A stretch of DNA of 61,124 nt. Source: Trichoplax sp. H2 (taxonomy: Eukaryota). A program made the position numbers and the translations under genes. Below, piece after piece: positions 11,541-26,500 of the stretch. The notes under the pieces are model-generated. The model had not been told where the DNA came from. It saw only the letters and a list, made by a program, of their open reading frames with translations, and ran no database searches. Location: assembly GCA_003344405.1 (NCBI GenBank), contig NOWV01000113.1, positions 186,001 to 247,124 on the forward strand, given 5' to 3'. The number at the start of each line of letters is the position of its first letter. The stretch's first letter is position 1.

Positions 11541-14500
11541 TTACTTGATATCACATAATAGTGCAACACCACGTAATATCCAGTGCTCGGGAACTTGATT
11601 AGTTTTCAAATCGACCGATGCAATATAAGTTAAATCAGTTCGTTTTGGCTTTTTATAAATTGGGCATTCATAAATACGATTATCTCGTTGAACTGCTGCA
11701 TTACTAGCATAGATATGGATGACAGGCAAAGGTGTATATAAAACTTTAGCTGGTGGCTCTACTAATTTACAACCGCGACGATCCCAACCAGATCCTTCTA
11801 AGTACAAGCCATAGACATAGACACCTTCCGATGGAGCAGAATTCACATCGTCCTTATAATGTTTGGTAACATCGTTTTGTAGTGTAACATTATCTAATGC
11901 CCATCCCTTGTGTGCACGAGTAACTTCTTGCCTCATAGCAGTTAGGAAACCTTGGGGATTAAAAAATCCAGTCATCCAAAATGCATTAGGACGACCATCA
12001 AAGCACCATGTATGAAATTGTTGATTGCGCTCTAATAATTCGGTAAACCAAAATCCTAATGTTGATGATTCCCAGGAGATTTTCTTCCATAATGTGGGAA
12101 CTCGTGCATCATACATATTATCCAAAGCATTTCGTAAATTTTCACTCATTATAATGGTACCATCGATGGCTAATTTTAAATCGTTTAAGGTTTGGCGAAC
12201 GATAGCAATAACACGCTGCATACGATCAATTTCTTGGCGTAAGAAAATATTCATGGGTGATAATGGGCCCATAATTTGAATTCGTTCTTTAACTTCATGA
12301 GGTATATAGTCTTTAGGCAATTTCTCTAGCATATCATCAGCTAAACGATAAACAACACTTTCTCGTGTTTCACCTCCTCCAGTTGCACTATCTTTAGGCT
12401 GAATACTTAAAATTGTACTTAAAACACCTTGTGCCATGTTACTCTGATAGGTTATATCAGCATTAGGATGCAACCCAAATACTTCTGGTGTATCGACTAA
12501 TGGAATAGTATCGATAAATTCCATATATTGCGATATGGTATTACTTTTAGGAATAGCATAACCTTTATAGAAAGTAAATGACGAGCTAAACATGGTATCA
12601 TTAAACCATACTTTGCCAAAAGTATTCAATAAGCGCTTATCGTAGTCATCTGTTACACGTCCACCATAATGAACTTCGCCAATCATATAACGGATGGTAT
12701 TCCATGAAACACCTTTCTTAATATCCATGTCATCTAGATGATTTTGTACAAATTGGATGGTTGATGTGAAATCAGCCTGATTGAATTCATAAGGTATATT
12801 CCAGCCTAATGGGCCAAACTTTCTCCTCTCTTGGACAGTAGTGTGCAGGAATGCAATACCATACAGCATTGGTTTCCATTGCGGCATGCTATTAATGTCT
12901 AATTGATCTTGACTAATTCCAGCATAAGTACGCTTAATGCCAGCTTTAACACCTTGGGGTGGCTCATTAGTAAATCGGATTGATATTTGCAACAGACCAA
13001 TTGGAAAACTTGGATGAACTTCAGTAGTCATCCATAATCGGAAAGAATCATGTAAAGATTCGGTATCAATCATTATAGTTAATAATTCTTCCATAAAATT
13101 GAGTCCTAAATGACAATTTTGCAGTAATACCCATCCACCTGATGCAATACTTTGTTGTAGTAGTCGTCGTGCATGAATTTCTTGCCCTTGTCCCATCGAT
13201 ATTGCTCGACAATCTAACTTATTACGCTTAGCTAATGCTTCAATTTGTGGTGTAGGATCAGAACCAGTGGATAATAAGCATACAAGAGGTATACGAGCAT
13301 CGCTTTCTTCCCACATTTGCTCTAGATCTAAGATGACCCCTTCGGCATAACGTTCACCAAGTGAGCTAGCAATATATTTACGTGCTTGAGCAATGGTACG
13401 ATCTAAACACCAAGATCTTATCAACAATAATTTCCTAAACGTATCAAGAGAGTTTTGATAGCCATCAGGCATTTGTGCTTCTTCAGGTGCATCGCTATCG
13501 AACCATATTTTCCATGCTTTCTCATTACGACTAATTTGATTTAAAATATCCGCAAATTGAGGTAGCTTACTCAATTCAACTAAATTCAACCATGTCATAT
13601 CTAAGATCCATTTAGATGGTTTAGGAGGGCAAGCTTTCAAATCTAATGCAGCACCACCTTTAATTAAAGTGTGAAATTCTTCACGTTTGATCTTGTTGTT
13701 TTGTAAATCGATTTTTAACGCCAAAAGTAGTGTAAATAAGAATTTATGACTTTCATATAAGCCACGACATGAATACTTGAATACAGCATAGGTAAGATAT
13801 TCAATAATATTGCCAATACGTTTACTTGTAATAGGCGATTTAGCTGATTGGGTAATTGAAATATCAAAAATGCCAAGAAATTGACGTAGCGATGTTTGAT
13901 ACATACAATTAACCATTGACATTTCAACAATAAGGAAATATAAGATGCTACCACGCGTTGCAACTGGTCGAAATTCTTCACGTGCAGCATTAATTTTAAC
14001 TTCTGTTTCAGCTGCAATGGCTAATTTTTGGCTTACATCTTCAGCTGTGCGTTTTGTATTGCCTAAGACAATAATAAGTGATTCATCGTCGACTAATGAG
14101 CCTTGGATACTAGTTAGACGATATAATAAATTATCCTCTAACTCTTTCATTTTACGCTTATTAGCGGTGACTTCCTCCATTAATTTACTCCTTTCAGCTT
14201 CTAACTCTTCCTTTTCTGTTAATATAACGCGCCCTAAGAGTTGGTCTTCTAGACCTTTCATGGTAACTGTAAAGTCAATCATTGATGTTCTTGCACTTAT
14301 TTCCGGTGTATAAGATGGATTAGCTAACTTGGTGGTAATATACAACTTAAATCCAGGCAAGACATCGACTTCTTTATCGCCTACTTTCACTTTAGGAGTA
14401 CTGCCAGTACGGATGAAATTTTTCTCCAAGATATTATCTAATGCTGGATCTAATTCTTCGCCAACATTCTCAATCAGTAATGGCCTACCTAGTGATAATG

Positions 14501-17500
14501 AATCTTCTAGATGTGATCTAAAGTATTTATGATTGAGGAATGTAATCATTAAGTCACTATTTGCTTCGCGATTTTTAACCCATATCTTGCCTTGACCTTG
14601 TGGATCAATCAGTAACGGATAGCGTGTTGCTTTCGTTACTATAATACCATTTTGAATCGAGAGATCATCATTTGGTAAACCTTGTATTAACCATTCACTA
14701 ACTTCGGTATTATCTACAAGCATTCCTGATATATTTAGGTTAAGAGTAAATGGAATCTTCTTAATTCTCATTTCGCGCTGCCAATTACGCGATAAGATAC
14801 TTCTAAATTCTTGATTGAATGGACCCGCATAGGAGAGAAACGCTGTGCATAATAAGACGTCTCCAACTAGACGACCAATTTCAGATTCAAATTCTTTACT
14901 TTGTTGTGTCCAACGTTGGCGTTCACCAGCTAAACCTTCAATTAATGCTGTAGCAGCTTGCATTTTACGACGACAAGTCTCAGCATCGTTAATTAAATCT
15001 TGCTTTTCTTTGACTGCTGCTTCGTATAGCGCTTGAACTTCATCTAATTCACGTTGTTTTTCGTCGAGATCAGATTGGGCTTTTTGTAGATCTTGCATAG
15101 CTGAATCATAGCGAGCTTGTTGGATAATTAAATTAGCTTTCAATGGTAGAACCTCCTTATTAATGCCAAAAAAGTATGCCATAGCTTTTGTCCACGAGCA
15201 TAAGCCAGCAACATCGCCACAGACACGTTTAGCATTATCGTTATTATAATCATCCTGAGTAATGTATGGCTCTAATAATTCAACGGTTTCTTCGTTAATA
15301 CTATCTTTAGGAAAATTTTGTAATCCGCTTAAAAAGCTGCTGCCACCCATTAATTTCAAGGATTCAGCCCATGATGGTTTGGTAAATTGTGGTCGGTCTA
15401 GATCAACATGAACTTTATCCATGGAACGCATAAATAAGAGCAAAACACAATCCATAATACGCATAATTAAATGAGGCGGTTTCTGTAATTTTCGAACTGT
15501 TGCAATATGGCTTGGCTTGATAGTTTGCAATGCTGCTTCTGCTTCTTCCAATGCCGGTCTTGCAGCCTCTAATTTAGCTTCAGCTATATTTTTATCCTTT
15601 TCAATGGTATCGACAATAGCTTGAGCTTTGTCTTTTACTTTTTGCACTTGAGTTTTAACTTTTTCAGCCGCGTGAGCACTGGCTGTTACTTCCTTTAATA
15701 CATCATCGGCTTTCTCGGATGCAATAGCTAATTCTTTCTCTTTAATTGCCAACTCTTTGGATAAAGAATGGACTGATTCACTGGCTTCAAGTAATTTATC
15801 CAGACCAACATTCATACGTTTAGCTAATTCCCCAATATCTTTGCGTTTATCATAATAAACAATCTTGTAACTGTTAATAAATGATAGGTAAGATTTTGGA
15901 GTAACGTGCGTTGCACGTCGATAACGTTGGAAATAATCAGTACAACTTTCAGCTACGCCATCATGAAAGACACCCATGGCTTGAACAACTTGACGCTTAA
16001 CTTCTGATGTGCATGATATATCGAATGACGATAAATAATGATCAGCAACAGCAATTAAAGCATCTTTTGGCCAACGACTAAACCAATCCATGGTACAGCC
16101 ACTAATAAGGCCAGGGAATTTTAATGTTCTGGTGCGGAATTTATCACCAACAGGTGAAAAGCATAAGACAACATGTAAATTATGCTTAGCGCGTGTTAAG
16201 AAGTAATCATATAGATTTTCTGGTGTAGGAGGACGTCGTGGATATTCTTTCTTCATAACTGGTATAAGATCAGTACATATTTCATCTAATTCATCACGTG
16301 CAAATAAATTGGATAATTCACCCGATGATAGGACATTATTGAGATATTCCAGGAAACTTTCGTCTTTAATGTCTTGATCTGTGAAGATAAATGTCGTACC
16401 ATGTCCTTGGAAGCCAGCAATACGATACAAGACTTTTAAATCGTCGAGGAAATTGTTGGCATTATAGGAGCGTGTTAAAGTAATTTGGAATGTTTTATAT
16501 CCGGCAATAAATGAAGCTAAACGTGTTAGACTTTGCTTGCCAGAGCCACCAACACCGACAATAAGTACATTGCCTCGTGCTGTACGGATAACTCGTGATA
16601 TTCTCATTAAATGGATCATTGCATCTCGGAAAAATACAAGATCCAATCCAGAGCCACGTATCGTTTCATTATATTGAACCATAAACATTCTTAAACGTTC
16701 TTCTAGGATTTCAAATGATGGAATTGGTTCATAGATTTTTGGTGCATCTAAATCAGCATCGTCTGGCTCGTCACCAAGGACTTCAGGGGCATCACGCAAG
16801 AAATCGACAAAATAAGGCTCAATGCTAATATCCATATCGAGATCTTCTTCAGCTACACGAATGAGTGTTCTATTAAACCAATCTTGATCTTGTGTATTAA
16901 TAAATCGATCTGAGATAACTCTCTGGCATTCATGCCTCCATAATTGCAATAGTATGCCTTGGCTATTGACAACAGATGCAATACTGTTGAGCATTCCTTG
17001 CCAAATACGCGATAAATCACGTAAATTAAAGATATAATGAAATTTAGCTGGTGTAGGCAACATTTTCACTTTAGTTAATTGCCATAAGCGTCGAGTTACT
17101 GTTACTAATTTAGCAGCTAAATCGATAATTTCAGGCTTAAATCCGCGTTCAATGCAAAAATGACCAGTACCGATAACACCGAATATTTTATCGATGGATT
17201 GATTGGATGGTAAGGTACTATTAAAAATGCAAAAATGCCGCTTAAGACGGCTAGGGATATCATTACGACCGCCACCAGGATGAATCATAGCAGCAATAAA
17301 TTGTAAATCGACAATATTTGTAAAATCTCCCGCTTTTTCAAGGCTATAAAAGCCATTAAATTCGATCAGTTGGCGTACAATTTCATTGGTAATTTGATCA
17401 CCCCATTCATTAATGACAGGCATATTAATATCATCGATAAAAACAGTCATTTTTTTTCCAGCAGGTGGACCAAATGTACTGCCCATACGCTTATCAACAT

Positions 17501-20500
17501 AACTTTCAATGGTACGTTGGAATAGTAATGGTGTTGTTGCTGAAGAAAAATTGAAACTTTTGCTTAAATGCTTTTCTGGATCATATCGTGACATATAACT
17601 TTTCACCATAACGGTCTTTGCAGTACCTTGTTCGCCGATTAATAATACTGCTATATTTTGTTTTGCAATCGTTTGTATTAAGAAATCGGTCCTAACATTG
17701 TCAATGTTGGGAACTAAGATGGATAAATAATCTGGTGTGCGATCTTTTGGATAATGATATTCTTCAACGCGTGTCGACCAATGTTGCCATTGACCTTGGC
17801 TGTCCACCATATATTCAAATATTGTTTCATGGTTATCCTCATCAGCTGGGGGTAAACTTAATTTACCTTGCTCTTTCATGAAGGTTTCCAATTTAGCACG
17901 ATGATCTAATTCAAGTAAGGCACCTAAACTCCACATAATGGCAAAGGTATATAGATGCTCTAATTGTAACGGTGATACATTACCGACATCATCTTTGTCT
18001 GGTATTAATCCATCGAGTAATCGTATGGCTTGAAAGATGTAATTGCATTCTAAGACATTCATCTTAGCTTCTAAATTTTGATTGACAAATTGATATATTT
18101 CAGCAAATGTATGGGAGAATAGACTGCGTAATGTTTCAGCTTCCTGTGGTGTTCGACTTTTAAGCCAACCTTCTAAAATAGGATTCCAATCAAGACCCGA
18201 TGAACTCATGTAGACCATACCATTGCGCGATACTGTCGCTGGAGAAGCATTGTCGATATTGTGAGGCTCAAAGATAATTTTACAGTTTGGCGACATTGGT
18301 ATACGATCACCATTAGCTAATGTTAAAGTTTTGTTATCATCTAAGACACTATTTAAATTTTCAATCCATATAGCATCAACAGGCCCGTCTAATACCAGCC
18401 AGATATGTTCACCTTTGCGGGTACGCAATGTTTTCCTCCATAATGTTGAAAAGATACCGTCAGTCCAATCATTGGTTGCAACATCTAAACGTCCAAACAT
18501 TTGCGATGCTGTAATAGCTTTAGGATTCATTCTCATTTCACGATGTGGTTGGCCACATTCAGTCATTGCTTTCATTAACGTATGAATACAGCAGGTTTTA
18601 CCAGCACCACTAGGACCTAATGCCATCATACCATGGCGTACTTTTTGAGTTTCGAAAAGCTGAATTAATTTCAATTTCCATGATGGATGACTTATTAAGC
18701 CAGATAATTCAACTTGGTTATCAATAGCTGATTCTAATTCTGGATAACCAGCTTTATCCAGATTAATACCTGGGAATAAATCGTTAATCAAGCTTAAAAA
18801 CAGTGGTTCATCTTCATCGACTAATTTGGATAAATTCATATCACGTAAAACACGCATCACAGTTGTGCTTTCGCCATCATGTGGATTAGATCGTTTAGCA
18901 GCGCCAAGTGTACGCAATACTGACAGAATATTTCGTAGGCCAAAATCGTAATGGACTTGCTTGGTTAACTGTTCTTCGCATAATTTATATAAGGTATAAA
19001 ATTTTCGCGCTAAATTAACATTATCCAAGAAGCCACAACTAGCTAATTTAACACGGATGATAATTTGGCGATCAGGTACCATCATAGCCACTGTTCTAAA
19101 GTTGATTTTTAAATTTTCAGGTAGCTCTTGACGCCCAGCATAGCCTGGATTCATGGTTAAGAAAATACCAAATTCTGGACTTAAATCAACATTATCACCA
19201 TCGGTAAAGATGAAATGTTTCCTTCTCTCTTTTTTGCTTGTTAATACCACTGATATTTGCTGAGCTGCAACGGATAAAACAGGTAAATCGATACGATTGA
19301 ATTCATCGAAACAGCCCCAACTACCGGATTGGGCTAAACCTTTAAATATACGACCTAGACCACGATAATCCATTTGATCGGAGCAGTTGAATACGACGAC
19401 ATATTTTCCTAATGCTTTACCCATATCTTTGGTTGTTTCAGTTTTACCAGTACCTGCAGGGCCAGCTGGTGCACCACCTAATGACATTCCTAAAGCTTGT
19501 GATAATGTAATATAGCAACGATCTGTTAAAGGTGTAATAACCAATCGCTCTGTACAACCGAGATATTCATTTTGATATTGAAAATCAACATCAGTAATAG
19601 AGATGATGCATTTATCGAGATCCTCATTGAAATAAAATCGAGACTGCTTGAGCCATTCAAAATCAGAAGGTGAACGAATATGCTGGCGTACTAAATCGTC
19701 AAAGATATCACGCTGATGGACATGGATAGTAATTAATGTCTCATACTTGGTACGTTCCATTTTGCTCATGTCTTTTGTGGTCATATCGATTAATACGTTT
19801 AGAATACTTATGAAATTTTGATTGGTTTCTCCCATAATTCTACGATCTTGTTTGGCATTTCTTAGCGCATCTTGAGCGTCTCTCGTCCAGATCATTTGTA
19901 ATCCAAGTAAACCAATCTGTTAAATTGGTAAAATAAAATTCGATCAGATATCGTACCACTTAAAAACGGTAAATTTTCATGTTAACCAGTTACGGAATCC
20001 ACTATTATCAATATCGTATATTTCGAATCACATTCATTAAATTGATGACCACTATTTAAATCATAACTTCATTATTACACTTTAATTATTACGAAGTACT
20101 TCACCTGAGCTGGAAAGATATTTAAAAATTCAATCAAGTTGAAGTTTTGATCATTAATAGCTACATGAGCTTGACGAATGATACCATGAACTGAACGATG
20201 GACTGTATTTAGTAAATTGGTCAACCATAATTCAACACTTCCTTGAGCAACAACACTTTTATCGAGCTCGATCGATTCCCCTTCGCGAGATGATACGGAT
20301 AGAATGCGATCGTAATCTTTCTCGTGAAATTGAACACTCTTAACATTATCAAAGATTCCTAGGAGGTGAGCTTGTATAGTATGGGAATCACTTGCTTGAC
20401 CAAGAATTTCTAATAATGCCGGATCGGATACGAAGAAAAAGCGAGGAAAGACCAATCTTTTCTTTTCAAGGTACCTGTAATTATGATAATTCCAAAAATT

Positions 20501-23500
20501 AAGGCCTGAAATATTGAGTGATATTTGTGGCTTTTGATACCTTATTAACGTGTGATTAAATCAAGTAAATAATCTTTCATTTTTACGGCCTTATTAATAT
20601 AGCTATTAGGCTTTAATCCTACTATATCAATCTCAGTCTTATTATCATTTATCATTAAATTAGTATCAGTAGTAAATACCCGCTCAAGGATTTTTGACAT
20701 AATTCTAGTTGCTCTTGTAAATGAGGCAACAATTGACCAAGGGTCTCGTCACCAACACAACAAACAACAACATTGACATTTTCGTGAGCTCGAGTCATAA
20801 TTTTAACCCATGATTTATCGATATTTTGAAATCGCTTTGCCTCCTATATTGTCATCAAGTATATGAAAGAATATTATCATATTAATTACCTTATATAAAG
20901 TAAAAATCATATACGATTTTACTCTTCATAATAAGTGCCGGTAGTGCATGGAAATCATTAGACGTACCAGAAAGGTAGCTTAAAAGTTAAATACTATCAT
21001 TACTATAGCTGACCTTGGGTAGCTGCTTAGCAATATCACCACCAACAAATACTGCTTCTAAATAGATCCACAAATTTTGTACTTGCAACCAATCTTCGAT
21101 AATATCAGTTGTATTTGATAATTTTTGTACCCATGACTGAATATCTTTCTTAAACGGTGCATTATAGCTATAGAACATATATATTTCATTTAGTTATTTT
21201 CCTTTTACCGCTAATTAAAGTTAACAATATTTTGCTCACCGGTTACTCATAAGGGAGCCTAGGATCATTAAGCTATCTTCCATGAGGGAAACAATTTCTG
21301 ATGTATGATCACCACGAAGTAATAGCTCACCACGACTTTTAAAGGTAGAGAACTTCAGCTCTTGAGTACTCCATTCGTTAACGATAAGTTTTAATTTAGC
21401 TTCTATATCTTTCTCTTTTGTAGCCGAAATACAAATATCCTGTTAAAGATCAAATCAAATCATTAAAATTTGCACTATTTGATTATGAGTCCTAGATCGT
21501 AATAATTAATATTCTTTATTTTACGGATGAACTTCAAATAATTTTCAAATTATTTGATTGAAAAATACAAATACGCGACTTTATTTTAATTCTCTACCTC
21601 AATGTCTTCCTTATGTTCCAGCAATGGTGCTTCCATAATGTTCCGTAATAAGAATGTGTCTGAATCGACATCGAAGACATGATTAGTTAATTGTGCAATT
21701 CTATCCCAATGACGCCTTTTCATGGCTCTATTGGTCATTAATTCAAGTAATGGACAGCTTTCATTAAAATCATCAATTTTCTTCCTTAAATCATTGTATG
21801 CTGGCCAATCCTTTAAGGCTCTGGGCAATCGTCGGCATCTAATATTATTATCAAACGATATTATTAAACCAAAACTTATAAAGTTTTCAATCAGGTTTAA
21901 TGAAACTTTCTCATTTAAGCATCGATATTTATCTTTGCCGCTAATTTAAATTTATTACTAACCTATTTTGAAATTCTTGTAATTCAATATTGATTTTTTC
22001 TATGTTAACATCGGCCCATGGTATATCATAATAGCCATTAATGGTGTCAATAACATCGTTATATAGGCTATATAATTTCTGTAAAAGATAAAGTTCTTTC
22101 TTGATTTGTAATAAGTCTGGATACTCGGTAACTGGTAATCCAAATAATTCTTCGCCACCGCTGTATGTCACAAATTTGCGCCATAATGTATCGAAACGAT
22201 TCTATCAGGAAAAGTAAAATTAGAGGATACCGTAGCTTTTATTTTTTTCGAAGGACTTCGCTGATAGCTTAGATGTCTATATATCACGTAAAATGTTACA
22301 AATAACTCACTTGGAAGATAATTAATCGATCACTAGCTTCACCTGGTGGTATACCGACAACCATAGGACCGGTCTAAATAGTAAATGAAGTCGTTACACG
22401 ATCAATAAACGACAATCATTATATCTGTAAGCAGTTTTGAAAAATCTACCGACTAGAGTTGTAGCAATAAGTTCATTGCCTGACTTACAAGTCTAAATTC
22501 ATCAACAAATTTGTTTGTATCTAAAGCGTAAACTTCAACATTAGTTAATAATCTGGCTTTAAACTCAGGTTGAATAACAATTAATTGAGTCTGAATCTCC
22601 GCCGCCAGTGTTAATAATCTTTCCCATGAATACCGCAAGGTATCAACTCTTTCTGCTTCATCTTTTTCAACTAACAATTGATATTTATGCAACATAGCGT
22701 ATGATTCCTATAAATAATAAGAAAAAAAGTTATTGATGTTTTCAAATTTTGGCCTGCCTTTATTTACTTGATAGGCATCCAAGTCTAAGTTACTAGAACA
22801 TATGCATAAGTAAATATTCAAAAACTGACTCCATAATCTTTGACTACCGGTACTTTGATATATACGGGTTTTAGTGTTGATAGTAGTTAAGGTAATTAAG
22901 TATGCTCGTATGTCTACATTAATGAAATAAAAAAGTACAAAAACGTCAAAATCTTACCTCAATTGGTGGAATCGACATATCGATTCTAATTTCTGAATTT
23001 CGAATCTCTTTTAATGCAGCCATAGCATTACGTACATCTTCTAAATCTTTTATTGGGCGACTTAGTCGCTTAGTTAAATCATCGATGAACATAAATATAT
23101 CTTCCATTTCAGTACGATATTTTAAGTTGGCACGACGACCTAGTAACATTTTCCATGCTTTGGTTTCTGAAGTTAATGATAGCTTTAACGTATCTAAAAT
23201 GAATGATAATAAAAGGAAAAGTTATATATTTTTATTTTTGTTTATAATTTCAAGCGTACAATAATTCTATCATCTAGAAGTGTATTTGCTTATCATTAAA
23301 TCTTTTAACGGTAGGGTAAAGAGTAAATACAGTCTAAATACACCGGCACGTATATCGCCTATTATATTACCAGTAACAAGAGCAATTGCGCCAACATTAT
23401 ATGATTCAGGCAAACCAACGATTTCCTTTTCCATTCGTTGATAGTATAATATCTCAGCTTCAAATTCAGTTAAATTAGGATTGCCTTCAATGAATTCTTT

Positions 23501-26500
23501 AATGGCTTCTTCACGATCTTTTTGCCACAATGTTTCATAGCAGTAAAATGCTTCTAAAGCAGTAGTAATATCTTTCTTGGTGGACATAATTGCAGTCGAC
23601 AGCATGGATACTTGCTTAGCGATATCTTTATTTTCAGCAATATTTTTATAGTAATTCTTTTTCGGCTCGATTGTACTACCTAATGTCATAGTATCGCCGG
23701 CTCCTTCACCTTGATTATTTTTACTACCACGGCTACGAATTGCCGATATATCAGTGCGACTATCATCACTAGCAGCATTGCTAACCGAGCGACTTCTCAT
23801 AGCTTGTGATTCGTATATACCACTTTTATCGTGATCTCGATCGATTAATATCCGCCGTCTTTCCTGTCCCCACTGGGAAACATTGCGAGATACAGACAAG
23901 ACATGGTGGCATGCACGATTAACTGCTTGTTGTACTTCTTCTAGTGTTGGTTGCATAACAACATTAGGAATAGATAGCACAGCTTTGACCCGGAAACATG
24001 GCACTTTCTCATTTCTTCTGACTTCATATGAGGTTGCACTTAATGATCTCTTAACATCTCCACGGTCAATATAGCTACGTGTACTAATGGTAACTCTTCG
24101 CTTAATGGCATCTAAGATAGAGCGTGTAACTTGTAATAAAGCATTTAAATTACTTTGATTAAAATGAGAGATTAACTCTTGTGCAGCCATTTTTAAATTG
24201 TCACGCATTTCCTTGCGACGCTGAATAGCTCGACCAGCTGCCGTTATAGGTGAACCAATTTTACTATTAGAGCGCAAACTTGGTGTATCTGGAGCTTCTA
24301 TATCACTATCTTGTGCAGCAGTATCTGGTTTATCACTAAAACTGGATTCTGCTCTCTCTAATTCCAATTCTTTGACCTCATCATCTTCATCGGGTACCCA
24401 CAACATATCGACCAATTCATTAGCAGCTTCTTCTACTTGTGCACTTTTAGCTTCTAACAGAGCAGCACCTCGATTGCATAATGCCTGAGAGTATTGAAAT
24501 CAAAATTAGTTTTCATTTCTCCTTATATAATGTTAAAATAATTGCTACGATTTTTACGAGTTCATCAACGACAATAATTGATTTCAATTTTCAAGCCAAT
24601 ACTGAAATAACTTGACAGTATGACTAGTAACGGACATATTGCTAAAATGCAAAATGGCCAAGTCAAAGCATATAAACCTACTTGCGTTTTTTCAACAAAC
24701 TCTGCGATTGACCATGGCTCATCTTCGGGCAATTCACATAATTGGACATTACTCATATCGGTAAGTAGCGCTTGAATACGGCATTTGACCAAGTCGTTTG
24801 CACGATCAATTAATAATTCTAACTCTTGAAGTTTTTCTTGCACTTGCTTAACATAAGACATTAAATTCATCGACGTCCATGTTAGCATGGATAGTCCTGG
24901 CTCAAGTGCAGCATCGATCGTAGCCAAGTGAGGCATTAACAATGTTTCGAAGTTAGATGGAATTTTCGATCTTACTCGCTTATTCTCAGAAAGGAGGAGC
25001 TGAAATGAAGATAATATTTAGAGGATAAGAAATTTTAAACAGTTCTTAGAGCTGTAGCAATAACAAGTTTGATTATCCATCCGAAATGAAATTCTGCATA
25101 GTAAAATTGTAATCAACTAGTAGTAAATCTATTCTCAAACTTCAAATAAATACTTAGAGCCTAACCTCTAAGATATGATAGCTTTCTTTTAATGATGCTT
25201 GGCGTTCCTTAAGAGAAGCAGCGACCTCCGGAATTTCTAATTCTAAACGTCCAATGCAATCCGTTTCTCGAATTAACGTTAAAATTTGCGGATCGAAATT
25301 AACAAATAATTCTCCAGTATCAGGATGGCGGACTAACAACGATGCATGCAAGCCACTCTTGGCAGCTTCGATCTAGAAGATGTTTAGGAAGCATTTGAAT
25401 AAACGAGTAGATACTAGCAAATAAAATAATCTTGAAGACTATATGATTTTATCCTATCTACGGTCATACTAATATCTCCTGACTTTAAAATCTATTCAAC
25501 TAAAGCTATTAGAATTGGGTTAAGCATAGCATAGACACGGGCTGTTAGAATAGGCCGATATCATTTAGAAGTCTGTAATGAACTACTACTAATTTTGCGA
25601 GATAGGCGTAGAATTTACTACAAACCATTACCTGCTTATGCCATCCGTGGTAGTAAATCATTTCATATTCTAATAGGACTTTTGCTACCTTATTATAATT
25701 TTTAATAATTCTCTTTGCTTCTTGACTTTGCAGAATGCGAGGAAATGTCTTGAACACCGACATTGGATCCTGTATGCGACGATATAACTGCCTTACCCAT
25801 GCAATTTTACCAGCAATAGGTGGCAAATCACGTCCAACTGGAGGGTCAGCTTTATGTTTTTGATAGAGTTTTTGCGTTGCCTCGACATCACGACCGAAAT
25901 GGAAGAAAATTTTCTCATATTTTTCTTCAATATCCAGATTTGGCAATCCCAATCTAGTCATTCAATACATAATATCGACACCATTCACTACAATTATTAC
26001 AGTTAACAGACTACAAAATGATTTCAGAAATGCAGCAGCAACGCTATGCTCAAAGCTAATAGGAATTTTATCACTGATGGCCCGAATTCTATTTTTAATA
26101 GACTAACGATCTGTATACGCATATATCAAAGCAGCGATTTAAGTAAGATACATACGCTTCTAGTTTCTTCATCAAGTATAAAGCTCGTTGTGTGTTATGA
26201 ATTTTATCAAAGCTTTGATCCATAAACAACTTGATTTGCGATTCTAAATCATGGATTTGTCGTTTAAATTCTTCGAAATCGGAATCATAATCCATTTTAC
26301 GCTGATCGAGAATATCATAAGGTTTTTTCTTCATCGTGGTTAAAATGACCTGAAATTTTGCTGCCATATTTTCCATTCCTTCAATTTTCGATGTTGATAG
26401 ACATTGATATTGCTCGATAATATTCATCATTTCAATAATTTTCTTTAAGCGACGTGTAAAAGTATCAAATTTGCCAAAAATGTACATTTCACTAAATTCG

